Shown: positions 27,500 through 38,571 of the stretch, in pieces
How the letters are laid out: every line of letters starts with the position of its first letter
Numbering within the stretch: the first letter of the stretch is position 1
Source of the DNA: Patescibacteria group bacterium
GTDB lineage: Bacteria; Patescibacteriota; Patescibacteriia; UBA2591; UBA6264
Length of the DNA stretch: 64,000 nucleotides
Assembly: GCA_021735685.1 (NCBI GenBank)
Contig: JAIPGN010000003.1
Location: 1,269-65,268 of the forward strand
Direction: 5' to 3'
The notes under the pieces: model-generated
Databases searched by the model: none
What the model was told of the DNA's origin: nothing
Seen by the model: the letters and a program-made list of their open reading frames with translations, nothing else
Program-made: the position numbers and the translations under genes

Positions 27500-28592
27500 A
27501 TATAGGGTTAACTATATATTTAATCAGAGGGTGCTCAAATCCGGCAAAATCAAAATAACTATCTAACTTGTTAATTAATTCTCGGTCTTTAAATTGGCGA
27601 CTTTTCTGAATTTGACGTCTTTTTTTTAAAGTTTTAAAAAATTGCCCTCCTGAAGAAAAAATACTTTTTACTTTAGTTATAAACCAACCATCAAGTAGGC
27701 TATAAAAAAGAATTCCTAATTCCATTAAGAAAAAACAAGGTAAAATTAAAATTAAAGTCGGAATCTTAAAAAATTTGAGCAAAAAAAGAGGTCGATTTCT
27801 CTCGCTCCAAAACCAACGATTTCGAGAAATGGCCTCTGTGTATTTATGATAAACAAGAGCTTCGGGAAAAACCTTTAAAGAATATCCTAAAAACTTAGCC
27901 CGCCAACAAAGATCAGTGTCTTCGTGGTATAAAAATAAATCCTCATCCAATAATCCGGTTTTTTCTAAGACCGAACTTTTAATAAAAAGAGCAGCTCCGG
28001 AAAGATAAGCTGGCTCTTGATCTATTTTTTTAATTACTTCTGACTCGGCTTTATTCTTGTAATCACCAGAATAACCAAAGCCCAAAAAATGAAGACGATT
28101 GCCTGAAGTTTGAATCAACTGATCCTCAGGTGGCCAACAATTGATCAAGGGTTGAGCTGCAAAAAGATTATCTTCGCCCTGAGACTTTTTGGCTAAAATT
28201 TCTAAACAACGCGGATCACAAACCGTATCTTGATTCAACATAAAAATATAACCCGGCTTGTTCTCTAAAGCTTTTTTAATGCCTAGATTATTCCCACCAG
28301 CAAAACCTAGATTCTTTTCACTAATAATCAAAGTAGCTTCTGGAAAATTCTCCTGAATATAAGGCACTGAATCATCTTGAGAGTTGTTGTCTACAATTAC
28401 TATTTCTTGAGCAGGTAAAGTTTGAGCCTTTAGGCTGGCAAAAAGCTCAGGAAAATATTTTTGACCATTATAAGAAAGGATTATTACAGCGATTTTAACT
28501 GAAGGATCTTTCATAAAAACTAAAAAGTTATCAATCCTTTTTCTATTTCTTCTATCCCCGCAGCATTTCCTTCGTCTACGTTTAGATGGCAA
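27456..28592 (-). CDS. glycosyltransferase family 2
   Basis: IAVIILSYNGQ...IVIVDNNSQDDS...NLGFAGGNN. The likely true start is the internal Met at about 28514. Confidence 0.8.
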   Translation of the reverse strand: MPSKRRRRKCCGDRRNRKRIDNFLVFMKDPSVKIAVIILSYNGQKYFPELFASLKAQTLPAQEIVIVDNNSQDDSVPYIQENFPEATLIISEKNLGFAGGNNLGIKKALENKPGYIFMLNQDTVCDPRCLEILAKKSQGEDNLFAAQPLINCWPPEDQLIQTSGNRLHFLGFGYSGDYKNKAESEVIKKIDQEPAYLSGAALFIKSSVLEKTGLLDEDLFLYHEDTDLCWRAKFLGYSLKVFPEALVYHKYTEAISRNRWFWSERNRPLFLLKFFKIPTLILILPCFFLMELGILFYSLLDGWFITKVKSIFSSGGQFFKTLKKRRQIQKSRQFKDRELINKLDSYFDFAGFEHPLIKYIVNPIFGFYWKIVHFFIFW

Positions 28593-29098
28593 GCCAAAGA
28601 ATATTCTGGAGAAACGCGGGCTAAAACTTCATAAATTACTCCCAATTTGTGTTCGGCGTTAATTTCTATAGTTATTAATTGTTGATCTTTGATTTGATGC
28701 TTTTGAGCTGTCTCTGGGTCAAAATGAATATGTCTTTTCGGGATAATAACCCCCTCTTTTAATTCCAAAGAACCTTGCGGCCCAATTAAACGGCACTTTT
28801 CTGAATCAATCAATTCTCCAGAACAACGAACTGGTGGATTAATCTTTAAATGATAAGCATCAGTTTTAGAAATTTCAACTTGCGTATATTCACGCAAAGG
28901 CCCAATTATTCTAACTTTTTCTAAACGATTCCCAGAAGCAAATTCACAAACAACAGTTTCTTTGGCGGCAAAAGAATTAGGCTGACGTAAATCCTTTAAA
29001 ATATTTAATTGATAATTTTTTCCAAAAAGAATATCTAGGTGTTCTGGGGTGAGATGAAGGTGTCGGGCAGATATTTCAACATCAACTTTAAATTGCAT
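28520..29098 (-). CDS. pduL: phosphate propanoyl/acetyltransferase PduL-type
   Basis: Two PduL repeats: ISARHLHLTPEHLD and IIPKRHIHFDPETA. Confidence 0.7.
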   Translation of the reverse strand: MQFKVDVEISARHLHLTPEHLDILFGKNYQLNILKDLRQPNSFAAKETVVCEFASGNRLEKVRIIGPLREYTQVEISKTDAYHLKINPPVRCSGELIDSEKCRLIGPQGSLELKEGVIIPKRHIHFDPETAQKHQIKDQQLITIEINAEHKLGVIYEVLARVSPEYSLACHLNVDEGNAAGIEEIEKGLITF

Positions 29099-29120
29099 AA
29101 ATTAAAAAATAATTAATTGA

Positions 29121-30095
29121 TTAAGAAACGATTTGTTTTTTACTCAAAAGACCTTTTTGGGCTCCAATAAAATTAATAACTGAAGCACTGTTCTTAGACC
29201 CCCAAAGCAAAGCGCGAGGCAAATTGTCAGGCTGATAAAATAAACTAGAAACAAAGCCAGCTGCAAAAGAATCGCCCGCTCCCGTAATATTAACAACTTT
29301 TGAGGGCCAGGGCTTTTGGAAGTAAACTTTATTTCCATCAGCAGCGTAAGCTCCTTTTTTGCCCACAGTCACCACCATCACTTTTGGACCTAATTTTTGA
29401 GCTACCTTTGCTAAATCCCTCACCTTTAAACCTTTAATTTTTTGCCCTGCTGAAAAAACCAGCTCCTTGGTCTCGTCTTCATTAAGAATCAAGACATCTG
29501 TTTGTTGTAACCAACGAGAAAGTTTTTTAGCGCCCGCTTTTAATTGAACATTGGAAGGATTCCAGGCGAATTTAACCCCTTGTTTTTTTAAGTCAAAAAG
29601 ACGATCTAAAAGATTTGACCAATTAGGACAACTAAGAGAAGAAATATAAACCCATTTCGTCTTAAAATTTATTTTAGGAATTTTCAAAATATCACTAGTC
29701 CCTCGATAGGCAAAAATAGTTTGAGCTCTTTTCACCCCTTGTAAACCTAAAATAAAAGTAAATCCCGTGCTGACCTTTTGGTCTATTTCAACAAAACTAG
29801 TGTCTACTTTATGCCTTTGGGCATCTTTAATCAAACCATCTCCTTCCCGATCGCTCCCTACTCTAGTGAGAAGAGCTGTCTTTAAACCCAAAGAGGAAAA
29901 GCCAGCCGCTGTATTATTGGCCCCTCCACCAGACTCAAAATTAACCTCATCTACATAAACTTTGGCGCCTAACTCAAAAGCAATCATTTGATGACAAAGT
30001 GGATCTTTTTCGTCTCGAACAACTTTTCCTTCTTTAGTAGAAAAAAAAATATCTCTCATTGCTCCTCCTACGGTCACTATATCAAAATTATTCAT
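29121..30095 (-). CDS. PfkB-family carbohydrate kinase
   Basis: N-terminal GG motif. C-terminal TGAGDSFAAGFV. Confidence 0.75.
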   Translation of the reverse strand: MNNFDIVTVGGAMRDIFFSTKEGKVVRDEKDPLCHQMIAFELGAKVYVDEVNFESGGGANNTAAGFSSLGLKTALLTRVGSDREGDGLIKDAQRHKVDTSFVEIDQKVSTGFTFILGLQGVKRAQTIFAYRGTSDILKIPKINFKTKWVYISSLSCPNWSNLLDRLFDLKKQGVKFAWNPSNVQLKAGAKKLSRWLQQTDVLILNEDETKELVFSAGQKIKGLKVRDLAKVAQKLGPKVMVVTVGKKGAYAADGNKVYFQKPWPSKVVNITGAGDSFAAGFVSSLFYQPDNLPRALLWGSKNSASVINFIGAQKGLLSKKQIVS

Positions 30096-30106
30096 AAATT
30101 TAAAAA

Positions 30107-32416
30107 TTAAAAATTCCTTAACTCTGCCTTAAATTTTTGTTTTAATTTATTAATAATTATTTTTTGAACTTTTTCAACCTCTTTTGATTCTAGGGTTTTC
30201 TCCTTTGACTGATAAATTAGATGAAAAGCCAAACTCCTTTTTTCTTTCTGTCCTTCAATTTTCTTTTGATGATCAGACAAATCAAAAACATCGAAAAGCT
30301 CAACTGCTTTAATTAGAGGGCTGATAGTTTTAATTTCCCTAAAAATTTCTGCCCAAGAATATTTTTGATCAATCAAAAAAGCTAAATCTCTTTTTACTGG
30401 AGGATAGGGAGAAATCAAAGAATATTTTTTAACTAAGTTTTGTTCCTTGATTAAAAAAGCAAAATCTATTTCAAAAACAGCAAACTGATCTGAGACTAAA
30501 CGCAACTCCCCTCTTTTCTTCCCTCCTAAATATATACCTTTCTCCTGATAATCAAATTTTTGTTTATCAATGCCCAATTCTTCCCAAAGCAACTCTAAAA
30601 CTCCTTTAGCTTCTTGAAAAATATCTTTTTCTGGAGCGCAAATTAATCCCCCGATTTTTATCTTTTCTTGAGGATCAAAAATTTTTCCAATCTCAAATAT
30701 TTTAAATTGCTGAAAATTAGCTAAATTTTGCTCAGCGTTTTTAATTAAATCTGCTTGCAAAGACTTCTTTAAATAACCTTGATTAGAGTTCAAGGGATTA
30801 ATAACCTTAACTTTTCCCGGCTGATCAGTAAAAGCATAGTTATAAACCTCGTCAAAACCGCAAGCTCTTAAAACTTGACTAACTTTTTTTCTTAATTTTA
30901 ATTCCGGAGAAAGTAAAGTGGGTTCTAAAAATGCCTTAATGGGCTGAGGTTTAATTTTTTCCAGACCATAAAGCCGAATTACCTCTTCAGCTAAATCTTC
31001 AAAAGCTAATAAATCAGGACGATGCAAGGGTAATTGAACCTGTAGCAACTTACCTTTTTTTCTTTCCGTAACCTGGCAATCTAATTTTTCAAGAATTCTT
31101 GTTATCTGTGAAGAAGGAATTTTCTGACCAACAAATTTTTCTAATTTTTCAATATCAAAAAGAAGTGAAGGTAAAACCTTTTTGTTTGCACTTTTTTCAG
31201 AAAAATTATAAACCGAACTAGCCACTCTAGCTCCAAGCATTTTTTGTAAAAGATAAAGAGAGCGACCGAGTCCTGATTCCGTAAAAATTAAAGGTAGCCC
31301 TTTTTCAAAACGTAAAACCGCTTCGGTTCTTAAGCCTAAACGCCAAGAAGTTCGACGAAGGTTAATCGGATTAAAATTAGCTGATTCAATTACAATTCTC
31401 TGAGTATTAGAGTCAATGCCCGAATCTTTCCCACCAATTAAGCCAGCCAAAGCCAAAGGGGTTTTTGAATTAGCAATAACTAAATCCTCTTTTTCTAAAA
31501 CATGTTCCTCTTGATGCAAGGCAACCATTTTTTCTTGCGATTGAGCCCGACGAATTACAATTTGAGCTTGTTTTTTGTCTTCACTAATTTTATCAAAATC
31601 AAAAGCGTGCAAGGGTTGACCACTTTCCAACATCACGTAATTCATAATATCAACCACATTATTAATCGGTTGAATTCCCAAATTTCTTAACCGATTTTGC
31701 ATAACCAAAGGAGAGGGCTCAATTCTAATATTATCTAAAATTACAGCCAAATAACGAGAACAAAGATCAGGAGCTTTATTTTTTAAATCTAATTTTAAAG
31801 GACCAGCGCAAGTGTCCAAAGGAACTGTTTTTAAATTTTGAAAACGTAAATTTTTTCCAGCTCCCGCTCTAATCTCACGAGCTAAGCCGCGATGATTAAA
31901 TAAGTCTGACCGATGAGTAATAGATTTGTTCTCTATCTCCAAAAGATAATCGTTAAAGCCCAAAGCCTTAACCAGAATTTGACCCAAAGGAGCATCTGAA
32001 GGCAAAATAAAAATTCCTTGATGATCAGAACCAAGTCCCAATTCTCGAGCCGAGCAAAGCATTCCCCTGGATTCTATCCCCCTAATTTTAACTTTTTTAA
32101 TAATATCTCCTGAGGGCAACTCCGTTCCCTCTTGAGCCAAAGGAACCCTTTGCCCTTCTTTAATATTAGAGGCCCCGCAAACTACTGTTGTTGTCTTATT
32201 TCCTAAATCAACCTTCACTAGATTAAGTTTATCTGCCTGCGGATGCTTTTTAATCTCTAAAATTTGCCCCACAATTACTCGAGAGTCAATTTCTTCTTTT
32301 AAATTTCTTATTTTTTCTACATTAGCCACGCATTGATTCAAAAATTGAGCCACCTCTTGAGGGGTCTTTTTCAAATCTGGTAAAAATTCTTTAAGCCAAT
32401 TATAGGAAAAAAGCAT
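30107..32416 (-). CDS. pheT: phenylalanine--tRNA ligase beta subunit
   Basis: MLFSYNWLKEFL N-terminus with tRNA-binding, B3/4 and B5 architecture. Confidence 0.9.
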   Translation of the reverse strand: MLFSYNWLKEFLPDLKKTPQEVAQFLNQCVANVEKIRNLKEEIDSRVIVGQILEIKKHPQADKLNLVKVDLGNKTTTVVCGASNIKEGQRVPLAQEGTELPSGDIIKKVKIRGIESRGMLCSARELGLGSDHQGIFILPSDAPLGQILVKALGFNDYLLEIENKSITHRSDLFNHRGLAREIRAGAGKNLRFQNLKTVPLDTCAGPLKLDLKNKAPDLCSRYLAVILDNIRIEPSPLVMQNRLRNLGIQPINNVVDIMNYVMLESGQPLHAFDFDKISEDKKQAQIVIRRAQSQEKMVALHQEEHVLEKEDLVIANSKTPLALAGLIGGKDSGIDSNTQRIVIESANFNPINLRRTSWRLGLRTEAVLRFEKGLPLIFTESGLGRSLYLLQKMLGARVASSVYNFSEKSANKKVLPSLLFDIEKLEKFVGQKIPSSQITRILEKLDCQVTERKKGKLLQVQLPLHRPDLLAFEDLAEEVIRLYGLEKIKPQPIKAFLEPTLLSPELKLRKKVSQVLRACGFDEVYNYAFTDQPGKVKVINPLNSNQGYLKKSLQADLIKNAEQNLANFQQFKIFEIGKIFDPQEKIKIGGLICAPEKDIFQEAKGVLELLWEELGIDKQKFDYQEKGIYLGGKKRGELRLVSDQFAVFEIDFAFLIKEQNLVKKYSLISPYPPVKRDLAFLIDQKYSWAEIFREIKTISPLIKAVELFDVFDLSDHQKKIEGQKEKRSLAFHLIYQSKEKTLESKEVEKVQKIIINKLKQKFKAELRNF

Positions 32417-32424
32417 AATTACAA

Positions 32425-33486
32425 TTAAAATTGTCTAATAAATCTTAAATCGCCAGAATGGAACCAGCGGATATCGTCAATTTGTCGGAGCATCATTAGT
32501 AAACGATCCAAACCAATACCAAAAGCAAAGCCCTGATATTTACCCGCGGGATAACCAATTGCTTCGTAGACTCGCGGATGAATCATTCCGCAACCCAACA
32601 TTTCTACCCAACCACTTTGACCACAAACCGAACATCCCCTCCCCCCGCAATTCAAACAAGAAAAATCTACTTCAAAGCTAGGCTCAGTAAAAGGAAAATA
32701 ACTAGGACGCAAACGAATTTTCACTTCTTGCCCAAAAAGTAAACTCAAAAAACTACGCAAGGTATGAATTAAATTAGAAACATTAATGTCTTCGTCTACG
32801 CAAAAACCCTCCACTTGATACAAAGTATGCTCGTGAGAAACGTCTGTGGCTTCATTACGAAAACAACGACCAATAACGCAAGCCCGCAAAGGAGGTTGAC
32901 GCTTCTCCATAAATCTAATCTGCATAGGAGAGGTGTGAGTCCGTAATAATAATTTGCCCTCTGACTCGGTGGTCTTTATTTTTTTTTGAGAAAAACCCTT
33001 CAAGAAAAAGGTGTCCCACATATCTCTTGCCGGATGACCATCTGGAATATTAAGAGCTTCAAAATTATAATACTCTGTTTCCATTTCCGGGCCATCTAAG
33101 ATTTCAAAACCAAGAGAGCTAAAAATTTCCGCTACTTTCCATCGCATTTGGGTTAAAGGATGTTCGTGCCCTAAATCTATTTTTCGGCCAGGCAAGGTAA
33201 AATCTCTTTTCACTGAACTCTTATTCTTCCCTTGGCTAATCTTCTCTTTTGCTTGATTAATCTTCTCTTCTAATTTCTGAGAAACTTGATTAGCTAAAGC
33301 TCCAATTTGAGGACGCTGATCAAGAGGTAAATCTTTGATACCTCTTAAAATATCGTTCATTTTCCCCTCTTTCCGACCTAGATACTTTTTCCATAAATTA
33401 TCTAAAGATAAAACATCTTGAGCTTTCTCAATCTCTCTTTCCGCTTCTTTTTTAATCTCTTTAATTTGTGATGGCGTAATTATCAT
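32425..33486 (-). CDS. pheS: phenylalanine--tRNA ligase alpha subunit
   Basis: HPARDMWDTFF. Class II motifs, plus the CLNCGGRGCSVC insertion. Confidence 0.9.
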   Translation of the reverse strand: MIITPSQIKEIKKEAEREIEKAQDVLSLDNLWKKYLGRKEGKMNDILRGIKDLPLDQRPQIGALANQVSQKLEEKINQAKEKISQGKNKSSVKRDFTLPGRKIDLGHEHPLTQMRWKVAEIFSSLGFEILDGPEMETEYYNFEALNIPDGHPARDMWDTFFLKGFSQKKIKTTESEGKLLLRTHTSPMQIRFMEKRQPPLRACVIGRCFRNEATDVSHEHTLYQVEGFCVDEDINVSNLIHTLRSFLSLLFGQEVKIRLRPSYFPFTEPSFEVDFSCLNCGGRGCSVCGQSGWVEMLGCGMIHPRVYEAIGYPAGKYQGFAFGIGLDRLLMMLRQIDDIRWFHSGDLRFIRQF

Positions 33487-33498
33487 AATAATTTGAGC

Positions 33499-33882
33499 TT
33501 AAGCTCTGTATCTTCGATTTGAAAATAAGAAAAAAAGTTCTAAAAAAATTAAAAATAAAAATAAAAAGGTTAAATTCCACCAACGAAGCAAATCCATTCC
33601 CTTTAAAAGGAAGACTGAAATTATTAAAAAACTTAACCAAAGTCCTTGGCGAAAGGCTATTTCCACTTGCTTAAAAACTGGCTTTTTTTTAAGCCAAATT
33701 CTAACCAAAAAGCCAATCACCGAACTAGTTCCTAAAATCGACAAAAATAAACTAAAATAAAAAAGAACAAAACCAATCAGATCAGATTGAGCTGGATTAA
33801 TTAAGCTCAAAACCAAAAACCAAGAAGCCCAGCAAATCAGAGTCAAGAAAGTCATTAAATTAAGATACTTTTTTAAAGTCAT
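33499..33882 (-). CDS. hypothetical small membrane protein (4 TM)
   Basis: ORF only. Confidence 0.3.
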   Translation of the reverse strand: MTLKKYLNLMTFLTLICWASWFLVLSLINPAQSDLIGFVLFYFSLFLSILGTSSVIGFLVRIWLKKKPVFKQVEIAFRQGLWLSFLIISVFLLKGMDLLRWWNLTFLFLFLIFLELFFLFSNRRYRA

Positions 33883-33955
33883 AATAAATATCTAAAAAAT
33901 AATTAATAAAAGCCCCTAGTTGCGTTTTCTTTATTATATCAATCTCCAAGCAAAA

Positions 33956-34001
33956 TGCAAGAAAAAAGTTTGGGAGTTGAACTCCCAAACTTTTTCTTGC
34001 A
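33956..34001 (-). terminator. near-perfect 20-bp inverted repeat (TGCAAGAAAAAAGTTTGGGAG-ttgaa-CTCCCAAACTTTTTCTTGCA), the groEL terminator
   Basis: 20-bp stem with one bulge. A T-run follows on the minus strand, 28 nt after the groEL stop. Confidence 0.55.
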
Positions 34002-34028
34002 AGAATTACTTTTTCGATTAAATAAGAA

Positions 34029-35702
<1,674 letters not shown>

Positions 35703-35736
35703 TTAATAAAATCTACTATTATTAAATAATATGGTT

Positions 35737-36030
35737 CTATTGAATAACCGCAACTACGCGATCATAGTCAACAACTAAAAATTCCTTACCCTCTACTTTA
35801 TATTCATCAGAACCGTACTTTTCAAACAAAATATTGTCTCCGACCTTTAAGTCAATATTTTCTCTTTGTCCATTATCTAAAGACTTTCCCGGACCCAAAG
35901 CAATAACTTTACCTCGCACCGGCTTTTCTTTATCAGTGGTTTCCGGTAAAATAATACCAGCCTTACTTACTTCATTTTCGATAATCGGTTCCACAATCAG
36001 CCGACTACCCATTGGTTTAAGTTTTAACAT
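35737..36030 (-). CDS. groES: co-chaperonin GroES
   Basis: 97 aa. ...AGIILPE...GKVIALGPG... Confidence 0.9.
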   Translation of the reverse strand: MLKLKPMGSRLIVEPIIENEVSKAGIILPETTDKEKPVRGKVIALGPGKSLDNGQRENIDLKVGDNILFEKYGSDEYKVEGKEFLVVDYDRVVAVIQ

Positions 36031-36059
36031 AAAATTAAAAATTTAATTAATTTCTTAAA

Positions 36060-36086
36060 TTAGCAGTCTTGACCTTTATCTGCTAA
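36060..36086. promoter_or_regulatory. CIRCE-like inverted repeat (TTAGCAGTC-N9-ATCTGCTAA), a putative HrcA operator
   Basis: Consensus is TTAGCACTC-N9-GAGTGCTAA. Here the core is a perfect 7-bp inverted repeat, TTAGCAG/CTGCTAA, with CIRCE spacing, 30 nt upstream of the groES ATG. Confidence 0.55.
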
Positions 36087-36113
36087 TTATAAAAAATACT
36101 AAAAAAAAGTCAA
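36086..36113 (-). promoter_or_regulatory. groESL promoter (-35 TTGACT 36108-36113, -10 TATAAT 36086-36091, minus strand), abutting CIRCE
   Basis: On the minus strand: TTGACT, 16-nt spacer, TATAAT. The -10 ends at the CIRCE right arm. Confidence 0.45.
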
Positions 36114-36122
36114 TAGTTTTTT

Positions 36123-36653
36123 ATGAATATCTTTCGTTCCTCTTTTTTAATCATAACCCTATCAATTGTTTTTTTTCTTGGTAAAAATTGTTGGGCTCAA
36201 AGTCAAAAAACAGATTTATATTTTTTTCACAGCCCCCTTTGTTCGGCTTGCCGACAAACTGAAATATCATTAGGGCAACTAAAGGCCAAGTATCCTCATC
36301 TTGAAATCAAAAGATTTAACGTCCTGTCCTCAATCCATAATCAAGAAATATATAAACTTTTGAGCCAAGCTTATCAAGTAAAATTTGATTCTGTGCCTGG
36401 TATTTTTATTGAAGAAAAGGCCTTTAATAAGTTTTCTCTAGGCGTAATCTCGCAAATAGAACAAATCTTAATTCGATGCGCCCACCAAAAGTGTCCATCT
36501 CCTAATGAAAAACTTTTAAACCAATCAAACAAAAAAGAAGAAAAAGAATCTTCTTCTTTAAATATTAAAATTACTTACTGGTTAATTCCTTTTATTTTAT
36601 TTTTTTTCATTTTGAAAAGAAAAAAAAACATATCTTCTCAATCTTCTTCTTGA
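36123..36653 (+). CDS. secreted thioredoxin-like protein (CSAC motif), C-terminally membrane-anchored
   Basis: Signal peptide. FHSPLCSACRQ (CxxC). C-terminal TM followed by KRKKN. Confidence 0.4.
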   Translation: MNIFRSSFLIITLSIVFFLGKNCWAQSQKTDLYFFHSPLCSACRQTEISLGQLKAKYPHLEIKRFNVLSSIHNQEIYKLLSQAYQVKFDSVPGIFIEEKAFNKFSLGVISQIEQILIRCAHQKCPSPNEKLLNQSNKKEEKESSSLNIKITYWLIPFILFFFILKRKKNISSQSSS

Positions 36654-38200
36654 AAAACCTCGGCCTGAAAAATATAAATATCAGAATCTCCTTGTCGCCA
36701 AGCTTCTCTTTCTAGGCCAGCTTTTTCTTGACAGAGACGCCCCATAAATTCATCTAAATCCCAATTATTTTCAAAAGCTACTTGAGGTAAAAAAACTCCA
36801 GTTTGTTCTCCTTTTCTAATTAAGACCCCATCTCTTCCTAGTTGAATTTCTTGGAAGGGATCTTTTATTTTTTGCAAAGGAGACAAAACTGATATTTCAA
36901 TAACTATATCTTCTATTTCAGCTAACCGTAAAGGCTGAAAACGAGGGTCTTCTAAGGCCGCACTTACTGCCATTTTTGAGATTAAATTATAAAGAGGCTC
37001 TTTCTTTTCTTCAACTTTTCCCAAACAACCTCTCAGGCTTTCTCCTTTTTTTAAAGTAACAAAAGCTCCTTGTTTAAATTTCAATCTTGGACTTATTTTC
37101 TCGGAATCAATTTTTAAAAACTTTCCTTCTTGAAGATAGAATTCTATGCTTTGATGCGCTAAATTAAGAAGTATTTTTCGGTCTTCCGCACTTAAAGAAT
37201 TTTCTGAAAAAGATATATCTTCTTCCAAAGGCCTTTCTTTTCCTAGAGCAAAATTAGCATATCCGACAACCTGAGAACGGTCACCGGTAATATCCCCCGA
37301 GTTCAAATAACCCCCATTTTCAATTCTTTGAATGCCAATCATTTTAGCCAAAAGTAAAGCAATATAAATAGAATCTCTCCCGCAAGCACAAGTATTTAGG
37401 TCGCCCTGATATTGAGTCAACAATTCTTGACTAGTCTCTAAAAATTCATCTGGATCTCCCCTTAAAACAGATTCTATAATTTTTTGATCAACCGATTGAG
37501 CTATTTCTGAAGAAGGGTAATGAGATAAATCCGAACTAACTATTACTATAGTTTGAGGGTCGATATATTCGCTTAAGGTTTGCGCTAAACTTTGAGCCTG
37601 CTCTCGATTGATCTGCGAAGTGACAATAGGAACAATCTTAAAATCATTTTCTAATGTCTTTTGCAAAAAAGGTAAACAAACTTCCAAGCTATGTTCCTTT
37701 TTGTGGGCCAAAGGGCGATCCAAAATTCCTTTTTTCGGATCTATTATTTGATGAGCTAAGGCAAGATCAACCTTAACTAAGCCAAGAGGAGTTTGCCAAA
37801 AATCATGCGTATCAACCGAAATTCCCTGAAACCAATCCTGATGAGCCGGTCCTAATAAAATAACTTTTTTAAAATTTTCTCCTACCAACAATTGAAAGGC
37901 TTGAGCTGCAATTGAACCAGAAAATTGATAACCAGCGTGAGGAACAATTAAAATGCGAGGCCAAAATTTATTATTTAAAAAATTTTCAGATTCTTTTAAA
38001 TATTGATCGATTTGAGAAGATAAAATTTTAGCATCAGCTGAATAAAAAGAACCAGCTCCCACTGGCTCTCGTTTTCTTTGATTTTCGTCTTTTCCCCATT
38101 GGTTATTCATAATCATTAAAATTAAGATTAAAAAAATGGCTAAGAAAAAAACAAAAATTACTTTTAAGACTTTTTTACTTTTTTTAAAACCTATAAACAT
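36638..38200 (-). CDS. MEMO1-like (AmmeMemoRadiSam protein B) fused to an AMMECR1 domain, N-terminal TM
   Basis: ILIVPHAGYQFSGSIAAQAF (Memo). LRGCLGKVE (AMMECR1 RGCIG motif). Confidence 0.6.
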   Translation of the reverse strand: MFIGFKKSKKVLKVIFVFFLAIFLILILMIMNNQWGKDENQRKREPVGAGSFYSADAKILSSQIDQYLKESENFLNNKFWPRILIVPHAGYQFSGSIAAQAFQLLVGENFKKVILLGPAHQDWFQGISVDTHDFWQTPLGLVKVDLALAHQIIDPKKGILDRPLAHKKEHSLEVCLPFLQKTLENDFKIVPIVTSQINREQAQSLAQTLSEYIDPQTIVIVSSDLSHYPSSEIAQSVDQKIIESVLRGDPDEFLETSQELLTQYQGDLNTCACGRDSIYIALLLAKMIGIQRIENGGYLNSGDITGDRSQVVGYANFALGKERPLEEDISFSENSLSAEDRKILLNLAHQSIEFYLQEGKFLKIDSEKISPRLKFKQGAFVTLKKGESLRGCLGKVEEKKEPLYNLISKMAVSAALEDPRFQPLRLAEIEDIVIEISVLSPLQKIKDPFQEIQLGRDGVLIRKGEQTGVFLPQVAFENNWDLDEFMGRLCQEKAGLEREAWRQGDSDIYIFQAEVFQEED

Positions 38201-38284
38201 AATCTAGACAAAAAAACAATATCTGTCTCTTTTTTAAAGAAACGTTAATTTAGCTCTTTTTTAACAAAATTTAATCAGAAAAAA

Positions 38285-38551
38285 TTAGGCTACCTTATAA
38301 ACTCGGTCTCCTGGTTTCACTAACTCATCGAATTTTAAGCCAACAGCATTCCCCTTCTTGGCCTTTTCAATATTTTCGTGCTCAACCTGCATAGACTTAA
38401 CCTCTTGAATAAAATCTCTCTCTCCTCCTTGAATATGAATCTCATCCCCTACCTTTAAATTAGCAGATAACTCAATCACCCCCACCCCAATCTGACCAAA
38501 GTAATGAGTAATTTTGCCAATTTGTTTTTCTTTTGCCATAAAATTGAACAA
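38285..38551 (-). CDS. hypothetical small protein with an EF-Tu domain-II-like beta-barrel signature
   Basis: GKITHYFGQIGVGVIELSANLKVGDEIHIQGGE...AKKGNAVGLKF...KPGDRVYKV. Confidence 0.3.
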   Translation of the reverse strand: MFNFMAKEKQIGKITHYFGQIGVGVIELSANLKVGDEIHIQGGERDFIQEVKSMQVEHENIEKAKKGNAVGLKFDELVKPGDRVYKVA

Positions 38552-38571
38552 TTAAAATATAATTATTTTTA

